Positions 49,550 through 58,706 of a DNA stretch of 64,000 bases are shown here, piece by piece. The notes under the pieces were generated by a model. That model did not search any database, was not told the origin of the DNA, and saw only the letters and a program-made list of their open reading frames with translations. The stretch covers positions 235,097 through 299,096 of the forward strand of contig DOZJ01000002.1 of assembly GCA_003518055.1 (NCBI GenBank), given 5' to 3'. The stretch's first letter is position 1, and each line of letters begins with the position of its first letter. The translations under genes and the position numbers were made by a program. Source of the stretch: Candidatus Falkowbacteria bacterium (GTDB lineage: Bacteria; Patescibacteriota; Patescibacteriia; UBA11705).

Positions 49550-50974
49550 ATGGAGTTAAAGGATTTCACCATCAACCAAGTCCACGATGGCTTGAAAAAC
49601 AAAAAATTCACCTGTGTTGAATTAACTTCGGCCTATCTCAAACGAATCAACGAACGCAATGACGAGATCAACGCTTTTATTACGATTGATGAAACCGGCG
49701 CTTTGCACCAAGCCAAGGAGGTTGATGACAAAATCGCCTCGGGTCAAGCGTTAAATCCGCTCGAAGGCGTACCGTGCGCTATCAAAGACAACATTTTAGT
49801 TGAGGGTCTGCCCGCAACCGCCGGCTCAAAAATTCTTGAAGGTTATACCGCGATTTACAACGCCACCGTCGTGTCCCGTCTCAAAGACGCCGGCGCGGTC
49901 ATACTTGGTAAAACCAACATGGATGAATTTGCCATGGGCGGTTCAGGTGAGACCTCATATTTCGGCCCGACGAAAAATCCTCTTAACACTTCATTGGTGC
50001 CCGGTGGTTCGTCGTCGGGGTCAGCCGCAGCCGTGGCTGACGATCAGTGCGTTTTTGCTTTGGGCTCGGATACCGGTGGTTCGATCCGCCAGCCAGCCGC
50101 CTTCTGCGGCTTGGTCGGCTTGAAGCCGACCTATGGCCGCGTTTCGCGCTACGGCCTGATGGCCATGGCGTCGAGTTTTGATCAAATCGGCCCGCTGACC
50201 AAAACCGCCGAGGACGCGGCTTTGGTAATGAACGTTATCAGCGGTGAAGACAACCGCGACTCGACCTCAATCGATCGCGAGGATGATTTTACCGCGGATC
50301 TGAATCAGCCACTCAAAGGTTTGGTGTTCGGCTTGCCCAAAGAATTTTTTATCAAAGGCATGGATCAGAATGTGGAGCGGGTGGTACTCGAAGCCATCAA
50401 TCGCCTTCGTGATTTGGGCGCGTCAGTCAAGGAAATCAGTCTGCCTCACACCAAATACGCTTTGTCCACCTATTATATCTTGATGCCGGCCGAAGTTTCA
50501 TCAAATTTGGCGCGCTTTGACGGCGTTCGTTATGGCTCACGAGTCGAAGCCGGAAATTTGGAGGACATGTATCTCAAAAACCGCAGTCTTGGTTTTGGCG
50601 ACGAAGCCAAACGCCGTATCATGCTCGGGACTTACGTTTTATCATCCGGTTACGCCGATGAATATTACAACCGGGCGCAGAAATTACGAACCTTGATTAC
50701 CAATGATTTTCTTTCAGAGTTCAAGGACGTTGACGCGATTTTGACACCGACTACACCGCACTCGGCTTTTGCCATCGGAGAAAAATTCGATGATCCGTTG
50801 ACCATGTATTTGTCAGATATCTTTACCGTGTCGGCCAACGTGGCCGGTTTGCCGGCTCTGTCCTTTAATGCCGGCGAAGCCAACGGTTTACCGGTTGGTT
50901 TGCAGGTTATCGGCCGCCATTATGAAGAAAGTCTGCTTCTCCGCGTCGCCAGCCGATTTAAAGATCATTTATAA
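49550..50974 (+). CDS. gatA: Glu-tRNA(Gln) amidotransferase subunit A (amidase signature family)
   Basis: Amidase signature GGSSSGSAAAVA, catalytic Lys (AIKDN) and Ser-cisSer region GSDTGGSIRQPA. 474 aa. Confidence 0.95.
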   Translation: MELKDFTINQVHDGLKNKKFTCVELTSAYLKRINERNDEINAFITIDETGALHQAKEVDDKIASGQALNPLEGVPCAIKDNILVEGLPATAGSKILEGYTAIYNATVVSRLKDAGAVILGKTNMDEFAMGGSGETSYFGPTKNPLNTSLVPGGSSSGSAAAVADDQCVFALGSDTGGSIRQPAAFCGLVGLKPTYGRVSRYGLMAMASSFDQIGPLTKTAEDAALVMNVISGEDNRDSTSIDREDDFTADLNQPLKGLVFGLPKEFFIKGMDQNVERVVLEAINRLRDLGASVKEISLPHTKYALSTYYILMPAEVSSNLARFDGVRYGSRVEAGNLEDMYLKNRSLGFGDEAKRRIMLGTYVLSSGYADEYYNRAQKLRTLITNDFLSEFKDVDAILTPTTPHSAFAIGEKFDDPLTMYLSDIFTVSANVAGLPALSFNAGEANGLPVGLQVIGRHYEESLLLRVASRFKDHL

Positions 50975-51056
50975 AACCAAAATTGTTATTTTCCCCTCTA
51001 ACCCCTAACCCCTAATCGCTAAACCCTATTCGCTAACCCCTCTTATCCCCCTCAGT

Positions 51057-52211
51057 ATGTGTAAAAAACTTTTGTTTTTTGGCCTTCTAATCTTGCTTTT
51101 GCCGTTAAGTTGGGCTAGCTCTCAGACTTACAACTACGACGTCGGCCTAACCGGTCAGGATATTTTTTTCTCCCGGCCTCTCGATGAGATCGTCGAACTC
51201 CAGCCGATTAGAATTTACGCCCGCATTGTCAATTGGGGCAATGAAGATGTGTCCGCCAGCGTGGCTTTTTATACCGGAGGAGAATTGATTGGCACATCGC
51301 AAGAAATCTCTGTTCGGGCCGGCGGTTTGGCTGATGAGGTTTTTGTCGATTGGCGCGTGCCCACCAATGATTTTTATATTATCGCCAAGATTCAAAACGT
51401 TAATCCCGGCGATCAAAATTTATTGAATAATGAAGCTCAGTCCGTTTTAATTACCCCAAAGGGCGATATGGATCGCGACGGTATTGCCGATGAATATGAC
51501 ACTGATGATGACAACGACGGCCTGACGACCGACCAAGAAAATCAGGCCGGCACTGATCCCTTGAACGCTGACAGCGATGGCGATGGTGTCAACGACAAGG
51601 ATGATTTCTATCCGACCGACAAGAATCGCACCGTCGAGACGGTTGTCGCGCCAGAACCGGAGCCGGAAGTGACCCCTGAACCTGAGGTCACCCCTGAGGT
51701 CATCTCGCAGCCGGAGGCTGAAACCTCGGCCGTTTCGACCGAAACCGATCGTGAACCGATTGTTCCTGATCCTGACCGAGAAAATGTGGTTATAAATCCC
51801 GATGAGGTTGCTCATCCCGAGATTCCGGTCGAGCAGAAGTTGCAGGTTGCGAGCCGTGTCACCGCCGTTACGATTGAACCGAAATATATTGACTGGGGTG
51901 AATATCAATATACTTTTACGACGGACGACTCGGCGGCCGATGTGGAACGAATGAGTTTTGTGTGGGAATTTGATGATGGTTTTAGCATGAAACGCAATGG
52001 TGTCCATGCCTTCACCCGCCCCGGCACGCACTTCGTCAAACTGTCCGTTGACGGCCCGTACGGCAATACAATTTCCGATACAGCCGTCATTTCGGTTCCG
52101 TTTTGGTCACTGTCAAATCGGTACCTCTGGATTATCGGTGGCGCGATTATCGTCTTAATTATTATCTCGATTATATTTTTACGATCAAAAAAAGATGAGC
52201 ACGAGGGGTAA
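51057..52211 (+). CDS. Secreted protein with Ca-binding thrombospondin-type-3-like Asp repeats, a PKD-like domain and a C-terminal TM anchor
   Basis: Signal peptide. Repeats [40 protein letters not shown]-like segment [37 protein letters not shown]-terminal helix followed by a basic tail. Confidence 0.6.
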   Translation: MCKKLLFFGLLILLLPLSWASSQTYNYDVGLTGQDIFFSRPLDEIVELQPIRIYARIVNWGNEDVSASVAFYTGGELIGTSQEISVRAGGLADEVFVDWRVPTNDFYIIAKIQNVNPGDQNLLNNEAQSVLITPKGDMDRDGIADEYDTDDDNDGLTTDQENQAGTDPLNADSDGDGVNDKDDFYPTDKNRTVETVVAPEPEPEVTPEPEVTPEVISQPEAETSAVSTETDREPIVPDPDRENVVINPDEVAHPEIPVEQKLQVASRVTAVTIEPKYIDWGEYQYTFTTDDSAADVERMSFVWEFDDGFSMKRNGVHAFTRPGTHFVKLSVDGPYGNTISDTAVISVPFWSLSNRYLWIIGGAIIVLIIISIIFLRSKKDEHEG

Positions 52212-52725
52212 GATTATTATAATTTTAATGCTGATCTTGGTTTCTTGTCCGGCCACCGCCTTGGCCGCCGATATTTTTGATAACCATTCGCAGGTGGTGA
52301 TCCGTTATGACAAGATTGACTGGCAGACCTATCGTTTTTATCCGTTGATGAATGGCTCAGTCGTCCCGACGGCGTATGAGTGGGCTATTGACAACAGTCA
52401 GGTGTATTACAGTTCATCAGCTCAAATTTTTTTCCCATCCGGCGACCATACCGTTTCTCTCACCGCGATAGACTCTGAAGGCAATCGCAAGTATGACAGT
52501 GTAAAAATTAATGTTACTTTTTGGAGTCTACACAACAATTATCTGCTCTGGTTTTTGTATGCTGTGGTCGTGGTGATGATTATGTATTATTGGCTGGTTA
52601 AAATAATTTACGCGTTCAATCGCCGCCAAGTTTCGAAGGAAGTCCGGGTGTTTATGGATATTTTTGATGAGAATGGTCACGCCGCCGCTTTGGTCGATAA
52701 ACTCAAACGTCAGTTGGTCAAATAG
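52195..52725 (+). CDS. PKD-like domain membrane-anchored protein (paralogue of the previous gene)
   Basis: Signal peptide. A PKD-like [37 protein letters not shown]. The FWSLxNxYL plus TM tail is homologous to the end of the upstream gene. It overlaps that gene by 17 nt. Confidence 0.55.
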   Translation: MSTRGKIIIILMLILVSCPATALAADIFDNHSQVVIRYDKIDWQTYRFYPLMNGSVVPTAYEWAIDNSQVYYSSSAQIFFPSGDHTVSLTAIDSEGNRKYDSVKINVTFWSLHNNYLLWFLYAVVVVMIMYYWLVKIIYAFNRRQVSKEVRVFMDIFDENGHAAALVDKLKRQLVK

Positions 52726-52784
52726 TATTTCTCAACAGCTGATTTAGGTATTTATCTTTATCTACTAACTCATAATTTTAAAAT

Positions 52785-53126
52785 ATGTTGTTAATCCTTC
52801 GCTGGGTGATCAATGCCGCGGTCCTGTATTTTATGGCCAGCTATTATTCCGGCCTATCCATCAAAAGTTTTTATACCGCGCTCCTTATTGTTGTGGTCTT
52901 TGGTCTGGTAAACGCGGTTATTGGTTCGATCTTAAAACTCCTAACTCTCCCAATCAACATTTTGACTCTGGGTATCGGAGTTCTTTTTATTAATGGATTG
53001 ATGTTCTGGCTGACCTCAACCATGGTCAAGGGGTTTGAAGTGGCCGGTTTTTGGCCGGCATTCTGGGTCGCTCTGGTTTATTCCGTCTGTTCTTTCTTTG
53101 TCAATTGGATCCTCAAAAAAAAGTGA
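52785..53126 (+). CDS. Phage-holin-family (YvlD/PF04020-like) 4-TM membrane protein
   Basis: 113 aa, four TM segments, with sequence resembling the mycobacterial 4-TM holin / YvlD family. Confidence 0.55.
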   Translation: MLLILRWVINAAVLYFMASYYSGLSIKSFYTALLIVVVFGLVNAVIGSILKLLTLPINILTLGIGVLFINGLMFWLTSTMVKGFEVAGFWPAFWVALVYSVCSFFVNWILKKK

Positions 53127-53156
53127 TTCACTAAACCCTTAACGCTAACTAAACCT

Positions 53157-53453
53157 ATGACCAAACAAGAATTTATTACCAAGGTCAAAGCTGACCTGGC
53201 CGTGTTCACCCCGACACTTGACTATGGCAATCAGATGTCCACTCGGGTAAAAGAAGACGCCAAGAGCCAATATCAAACCAAGTTGGCTGACTTGAAAACG
53301 CAAAAAGAAAAATTGGAGAGCTTTCTCCGCGAAGCCGAATCAACGGCAGATGACAAATGGGAAGGTGTCAGTAGCCGGCTGGAGTCCGGACTGTACGACT
53401 CGTCTAGGCGGGCGACCGAGGATGTTGAAGAGCTGAAAAAGGTTTACGTTTAA
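53157..53453 (+). CDS. Hypothetical coiled-coil protein
   Basis: 98 aa, charged and helical. Confidence 0.4.
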   Translation: MTKQEFITKVKADLAVFTPTLDYGNQMSTRVKEDAKSQYQTKLADLKTQKEKLESFLREAESTADDKWEGVSSRLESGLYDSSRRATEDVEELKKVYV

Positions 53454-53670
53454 TCCTCAAATTTTTATCCTCATTATTCATCCAAAAACCGTATGGCTTC
53501 ATCCGGTTTTTGGTTTGATAAATTTAACCCGATAATATATAGTATTATTACTCAAATGAAATTGTGAAGCTTACTTTTCTCAATTCCCTTAATTCTCTCA
53601 ATTCACTTGATTCTCTCAATCCCGCCTCTCGCGAGAAGCGGGATCAATTCTCTTAATCAACTATTTAAAT

Positions 53671-54231
53671 ATGCCCGCTGTCTTACTCCACACCTGCTGC
53701 GCTCCTTGCGGCGGTTTCGTCATCAAAGAATTGCAAACCATGGGTTATGCTGTTACTGTATTTTATTATAATCCGAATGTATTTCCCGAAGATGAATACA
53801 AACTGAGGCTGCGCGAGGCCGAGCGTTTTTGTCAAAAAGAAAATGTCGAGTTGATTGAAGGGGAATATGATTATGAATCGTGGAAAGAAAAAATAAGGGG
53901 GCATGAATCAGCCCCTGAGCGGGGGAGCCGCTGCGAGATTTGTATAACTTTACGCTTGCAGGAAACCGCTCAAGTCGCCTCGGAGCGAGGGTTTGACGCC
54001 ATCGCCTCGACGTTGACCATCAGCCCGCACAAGTCGGCAGAGATGGTTAATGCCATTGGTCACGAAATGGCGGATTTATACGGACTGCAATTTATCGATC
54101 GGATCTGGCGCAAAGCCAACGGGTTTAAAAAATCCTGTGATTTGGCTGAACAGGAACATTTTCATCGCCAAGACTACTGTGGCTGCGAGTTTTCAATTCG
54201 GTCAAAACCAACTATTGACAAGGTCGAATAA
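53671..54231 (+). CDS. queH: Epoxyqueuosine reductase QueH (DUF208)
   Basis: LLHTCCAPCGG N-terminal Cys motif, conserved RCEICITLR and the CGCEFS C-terminal Cys pair. About 186 aa. Confidence 0.8.
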   Translation: MPAVLLHTCCAPCGGFVIKELQTMGYAVTVFYYNPNVFPEDEYKLRLREAERFCQKENVELIEGEYDYESWKEKIRGHESAPERGSRCEICITLRLQETAQVASERGFDAIASTLTISPHKSAEMVNAIGHEMADLYGLQFIDRIWRKANGFKKSCDLAEQEHFHRQDYCGCEFSIRSKPTIDKVE

Positions 54232-54725
54232 TGGAGCTAAATTGGAACATTCCAATCCGATTCGCTATCCAGACCCAAGGAGGTGAGACGATGACACAGA
54301 AACGCTTCAAGATTCTGATTTTTGGCGCGAGAGGCAATGATTTCTCGATGATGGTCAAATCATTTCTGTCCGCTGTTATGGACCAAGATCCTGAAGACTT
54401 GTGTACCTTTGAATATGTCTTTCCGCTTGACTCGAAAAATCCGGAATTAAGCCTAAAGCGTTATGCTGGTCGTGAATTTGATCTGATTGTTGTAGATTTT
54501 TATCCGACACATACGGCTCAAAGTTGGATTGATATTTTTTACCATTCGCTGAGCTTGGATCAAAGACACCGTCTTGTTGTGCATTTTTCTGAGCTTCGAC
54601 TTGATCCCGCCGTTGAGTATCCTATCCCCATGAAGTATCATCATTATCCGAGAATTGCTGCCAATGCCGATTCTTATGATGATGAAAAAGCTATTTTTAG
54701 AAAACTGCTAAAACTAGACGCATAA
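54231..54725 (+). CDS. Small protein A1 of a duplicated cassette (hypothetical, Rossmann-like beginning)
   Basis: Likely start MTQKRFKILIFGARGND at 54291 after AAGGAGG. Paralogous to 55747-56163 (KRWKVLLFGAINGRHH). Confidence 0.5.
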   Translation: MELNWNIPIRFAIQTQGGETMTQKRFKILIFGARGNDFSMMVKSFLSAVMDQDPEDLCTFEYVFPLDSKNPELSLKRYAGREFDLIVVDFYPTHTAQSWIDIFYHSLSLDQRHRLVVHFSELRLDPAVEYPIPMKYHHYPRIAANADSYDDEKAIFRKLLKLDA

Positions 54726-54756
54726 TCTATTTTAAGTCAATTACAATTGACTTTTT

Positions 54757-55215
54757 TTGTTTTATATGATATACTTTAACATCCCGACCAGCCACCACTG
54801 CCGGCAATTATCATGGACCAATAGTGGTCCCATTTGCCAGTGGAGGTGCACTATGGGCTCAGCTTACACGTCGGCCCGGGTGGTTGGCAGCATCGATATT
54901 TCTAATCGTTGCCGTCGGGATTGGAGTGCTTTTGCTCTTTTTCTCGAGGAAATGGAAACCAACGTGCCGGATCTCGGCTATTTCTGGGTATTCGAAGGGA
55001 GGTATTACTCTCTGTCGTTGATGGCCAGGATTGTGTCTGACCTCCTGACCACAGCTGAGACTTTGGGTACTACCGTGTATGGTCTGTTTGAAGCAGAGGC
55101 GCTTAGCCTAGCGGAATTTTACTGTGTGGATCGATGGTTCGGCTGCTGGTGCTGCCTTCCGGGCGGACCAGGGCATATCTATCCGGCTGACCCGCCAATG
55201 GCCGAGCAGGACTAA
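54757..55215 (+). CDS. Small protein B1 of the duplicated cassette, with an FGCxC motif
   Basis: Likely start MGSAYTS at 54853 after GGAGGTG. The C-terminus AETLGTTVYGLFEAE ... VDRWFGCWCCLPGGPGHIYPADPP is paralogous to B2. Confidence 0.5.
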   Translation: MFYMIYFNIPTSHHCRQLSWTNSGPICQWRCTMGSAYTSARVVGSIDISNRCRRDWSAFALFLEEMETNVPDLGYFWVFEGRYYSLSLMARIVSDLLTTAETLGTTVYGLFEAEALSLAEFYCVDRWFGCWCCLPGGPGHIYPADPPMAEQD

Positions 55216-55585
55216 CCGATTGCACCCACCCCCAACCCCAGACCAAGGAGCTTTTGATGTCAGGCCATGTTGGCCTAATCATCAAGGGGGTGACGTGGTT
55301 AACAAAAACCACACCGGCGTCGACGAGTTGGCTGCCAGAGCCGAGTCTCTGGGGACCTCTCTGTACAACCTGTATGAGCTCGGTCAGCTGACGCCGTCCG
55401 AGCAGGATATGTTGGTCGATCACTTCGGGTGTGTCTGCTTGATTCCGGGCTCACCCGAGCATAGCTATGCCGATTCGCCGTGGTCCCGCTACGCCGGGAC
55501 AACTTCGCTTCGGGACTTCGATCCGGGCAAGTTGGGCCGGCTGTCAAAGGCGGCTCGGCGGGAACTCGCGCGTTGGCAGAAATAG
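55124..55585 (+). CDS. Small protein B2 of the duplicated cassette, with an FGCxC motif
   Basis: Likely GTG start at about 55295 after GGGGG. AESLGTSLYNLYELG ... VDHFGCVCLIPGSPEHSYADSPW. Followed by a hairpin plus T-run at about 55605-55640. Confidence 0.45.
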   Translation: MWIDGSAAGAAFRADQGISIRLTRQWPSRTNRLHPPPTPDQGAFDVRPCWPNHQGGDVVNKNHTGVDELAARAESLGTSLYNLYELGQLTPSEQDMLVDHFGCVCLIPGSPEHSYADSPWSRYAGTTSLRDFDPGKLGRLSKAARRELARWQK

Positions 55586-55746
55586 TAAAAACTTTTTCTT
55601 TGTGTGGTGGTCTCAAATTTAGGGGCCACTTTTTTGTTTTGTTAGTGACACCCAAAACATGCGTTACCTTTATAAGCAACGATTGACAGGTTGATTTATA
55701 AGTGTTACTCTTGTATTCAGTTCGTTCGCCACCAAAGGAGGTCTGA

Positions 55747-56163
55747 ATGGCGGTTCCGGTCAAGAAACGATGGAAAGTGTTGCTTTTTGGCGCGATTAAC
55801 GGTCGTCACCATCTGATTTTGAATGCCTTTCTCGGTCCTTTTACCGAGCATGGCTACAAGTTCAAAATCGAGGGTGCTTTCGGTCGTTTCGGCCATTATC
55901 AGCCGGAAATGGTTAGCCGCGATGACTATGATTTTGTCTTCGTCCCGGTTACGGACAAAGTTCTGGATTTCTGGTCAATGACCGAATCATCCCTGCGTCT
56001 GCAAACCAATTTCCCGGCAGTTGTTCTCTGCCGCAATGGTGTCAATATCAAGTTCCCGCTGCCGGCGTCACTCGTTGATCGGCCAATGGTCAATGAAGCG
56101 GTGACCGATGTGGAAATTCTGAAGTTCGCCATCTCGTTGGGCTTGCCCCGAGAGCTGGTTTGA
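55747..56163 (+). CDS. Small protein A2 of the duplicated cassette
   Basis: SD AAAGGAGG. N-terminus MAVPVKKRWKVLLFGAINGRHH is paralogous to A1. Confidence 0.5.
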   Translation: MAVPVKKRWKVLLFGAINGRHHLILNAFLGPFTEHGYKFKIEGAFGRFGHYQPEMVSRDDYDFVFVPVTDKVLDFWSMTESSLRLQTNFPAVVLCRNGVNIKFPLPASLVDRPMVNEAVTDVEILKFAISLGLPRELV

Positions 56164-56381
56164 TGCCCACAGCCAAACACGGAGGATGCATGGGGGAGCA
56201 CGATCGAGTTGAAATCAGAAACGCAGTGACGCCGACGCTTATTTCGCCCATGACAATCAGTCAAGAGCTAGGCGCGGACATTGTCGCCATCAGATGCCAT
56301 TGTGGTGATCATTTGAATGTCCGGACTCACCTAGTTGAATTGATCTGTCGGGGATGCGGCCTGATTCACCGCGTGCGGTAA
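56160..56381 (+). CDS. Small Cys-rich (zinc-ribbon-like) protein
   Basis: SD GGAGGATG. Contains CHCGDH ... CRGCG. Overlaps the A2 stop by 4 nt. Confidence 0.45.
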   Translation: MMPTAKHGGCMGEHDRVEIRNAVTPTLISPMTISQELGADIVAIRCHCGDHLNVRTHLVELICRGCGLIHRVR

Positions 56382-56566
56382 GTTTCATATTTGCCTGAAT
56401 AACAATTCAGGTTTTTTGTTTCAAAAAAACTATGTTAAAATACTTCCAGTCTAAATCCCAGATTTTTTACGAAGCGAAGCATAAATCACCAATCACGAAG
56501 CAGTTGTCCCTAGTTCCTTGTCTCTAGTTCCCAGTTCCCAGTCTCTATTCACTAATCGCTCCCCCC

Positions 56567-58549
56567 ATGCCCATCAACTACAAACAAGAACTCAACCCCG
56601 AGCAATACGCGGTCATAGCCTCAGGCGACGGCCCGTGTTTGGTTTTGGCTGGCGCCGGCAGCGGCAAGACTCGAACTTTGGTTTATCGGGTGGCTTTTTT
56701 ATTGGAGCGGGGAGTGTCGCCGGAGAATATTTTACTTGTAACCTTCACCAACAAGGCCGCGAATGAGATGAAGGAGCGGGTAAAACAATTATTGGGTTTC
56801 AAGCCGGATGGTTTGTATGCCGGAACATTCCATTCCGTCGCCAACCTTTTGCTCCGCCGCCATGCTGATCACCTCGGGTATCAAAAAAACTTCAATATTC
56901 TGGATCAGGAAGACAGTGTATCTTTGATTAAAGGTTGTATGGAGGATTTGAACTTGAATGTCAGAGGTCAAAATTTCCCCAAGGCCAACGTGGTCCAATC
57001 AATAATCTCTTATGCCCGCAACTGTCATCAGGATATAGCGGCGGTGGTGGCCGATCGTTATGGCTATCCGCAGGTTGTGTCTGAACAATTTGATCGGATC
57101 GCCCAAAATTATCACGCCAAGAAAAAGCAGGCCAATGTGATGGATTTTGACGATTTGCTTTTTAATTGGCTCAAACTGCTCGAAGATTTTCCGGCTGTCA
57201 AGGAGCAATTATCAAATCAGTTTAAATACATTTTGGTTGATGAATATCAGGACACCAATTATATCCAAGCCGCGATCATCAAACATTTGGCCGGCGCGGC
57301 CAAGAATGTTTTGGTGGTTGGTGACGATAGTCAGAGTATTTACAGCTTCCGGGCCGCCGATGTGGCCAACATTCTTGATTTCCCCAAGCAGTTTCCGGCG
57401 GCGCGCGTTTTCCGGATTGAAAAAAATTATCGCTCCACCCCGGAAATATTATCCTTGGCCAATGAAGTTATCAAGCACAACCGCGATAAATTTGAAAAAA
57501 ATCTTCAGCCGGTGCGCGTCAGCGGCCAGCTGCCGGTTTTGATTCCGGCGCGTGATGTCTATCAGCAGGCTCATTTGGTGTCCAATAAAATTATTGACCT
57601 TAGGGATCAGGGGGTGGACTATGTTAATATGGCCGTTTTATTCCGGTCAACCTTTCATTCGGCTGAATTGCAGCTTGAGCTCGCCAAACGAAATATTCCA
57701 TTTATTCTGCGCGGCGGCCAGCGGTATTTTGAGCAGGCGCACGTCAAAGACATGGTGTCGTATTTGAAAATTTTAGCGAACTTCAAAGATGAGTTGTCGT
57801 GGAAACGGGTGCTGCGTCTTTACGACGGCATCGGCGCCGCCGCCGCGGACAACATTTGGTCTTCGATTCAAAATTATTCTACGTTGGTTGAATTGATCAC
57901 CCAGAACTTCCCCATCAAAAACGCCCGCGCTCGATCCAGCTGGTCGCGGCTGGTTACCATGTTCCAATCTTTGACCTCAATTGATGTAACTCAAAGAGGC
58001 TCCTTGGCTGAAGTCGTGATTCATGTGATGGAAGCCGGTTACAAGGATTATCTCAAAAACACATTCGACAATTACAAAGATCGTTTGGATGACTTGCAGC
58101 AGTTCGTGGATTTTGTCATGACTTACGACAGCCTGGATACGTTGCTGGCTGATGTCATGTTGAGTGAAAATTTTGCTCATGATAATTCCAAGGACAAGGA
58201 CAATGCGGTTATCTTGACGACCATTCATCAGGCCAAGGGGCTGGAGTGGAAATATGTCATGATCATCGGCGCTCGCAACGGCGACTTTCCGCATTACAAA
58301 AGTTTGGACAACCTCAAAGAGCTCGAAGAAGAGCGACGGTTGTTTTACGTGGCGGTGACTCGGGCCAAGGACGAATTATATTTATTTTATCCGATTCGCA
58401 AAAACACGTTTCAATATGGTGAGATGACCGGCGGACCGTCGATGTTTATCTCCGAGGTTGACGATTCCAAATATCGAACGACCGGAGCCAATCGGTTTAT
58501 TTCTGAGGATGATCCGTGGGAGCGGGAGGAAACTGTATATTATGATTAG
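56567..58549 (+). CDS. uvrD: UvrD/PcrA/Rep-family ATP-dependent DNA helicase
   Basis: Walker A AGAGSGKTRTLVYR, motif II VDEYQDTN, motif III/IV and C-terminal helicase motifs (TIHQAKGLEW; FYVAVTRAK). Confidence 0.9.
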   Translation: MPINYKQELNPEQYAVIASGDGPCLVLAGAGSGKTRTLVYRVAFLLERGVSPENILLVTFTNKAANEMKERVKQLLGFKPDGLYAGTFHSVANLLLRRHADHLGYQKNFNILDQEDSVSLIKGCMEDLNLNVRGQNFPKANVVQSIISYARNCHQDIAAVVADRYGYPQVVSEQFDRIAQNYHAKKKQANVMDFDDLLFNWLKLLEDFPAVKEQLSNQFKYILVDEYQDTNYIQAAIIKHLAGAAKNVLVVGDDSQSIYSFRAADVANILDFPKQFPAARVFRIEKNYRSTPEILSLANEVIKHNRDKFEKNLQPVRVSGQLPVLIPARDVYQQAHLVSNKIIDLRDQGVDYVNMAVLFRSTFHSAELQLELAKRNIPFILRGGQRYFEQAHVKDMVSYLKILANFKDELSWKRVLRLYDGIGAAAADNIWSSIQNYSTLVELITQNFPIKNARARSSWSRLVTMFQSLTSIDVTQRGSLAEVVIHVMEAGYKDYLKNTFDNYKDRLDDLQQFVDFVMTYDSLDTLLADVMLSENFAHDNSKDKDNAVILTTIHQAKGLEWKYVMIIGARNGDFPHYKSLDNLKELEEERRLFYVAVTRAKDELYLFYPIRKNTFQYGEMTGGPSMFISEVDDSKYRTTGANRFISEDDPWEREETVYYD

Positions 58550-58706
58550 ATAGTGATATTTATTTTGGTGTTTATAATATTTCCAGCTGGAAACAGGGGA
58601 TCTTTTTATTATTTTAGCTAAATATTGACATAAGATGCTTGGTATGATATAATATAATATCCTTTGAAAATCTACTCCGAACGGCAACCGTCCCGACTCC
58701 CGAGCA

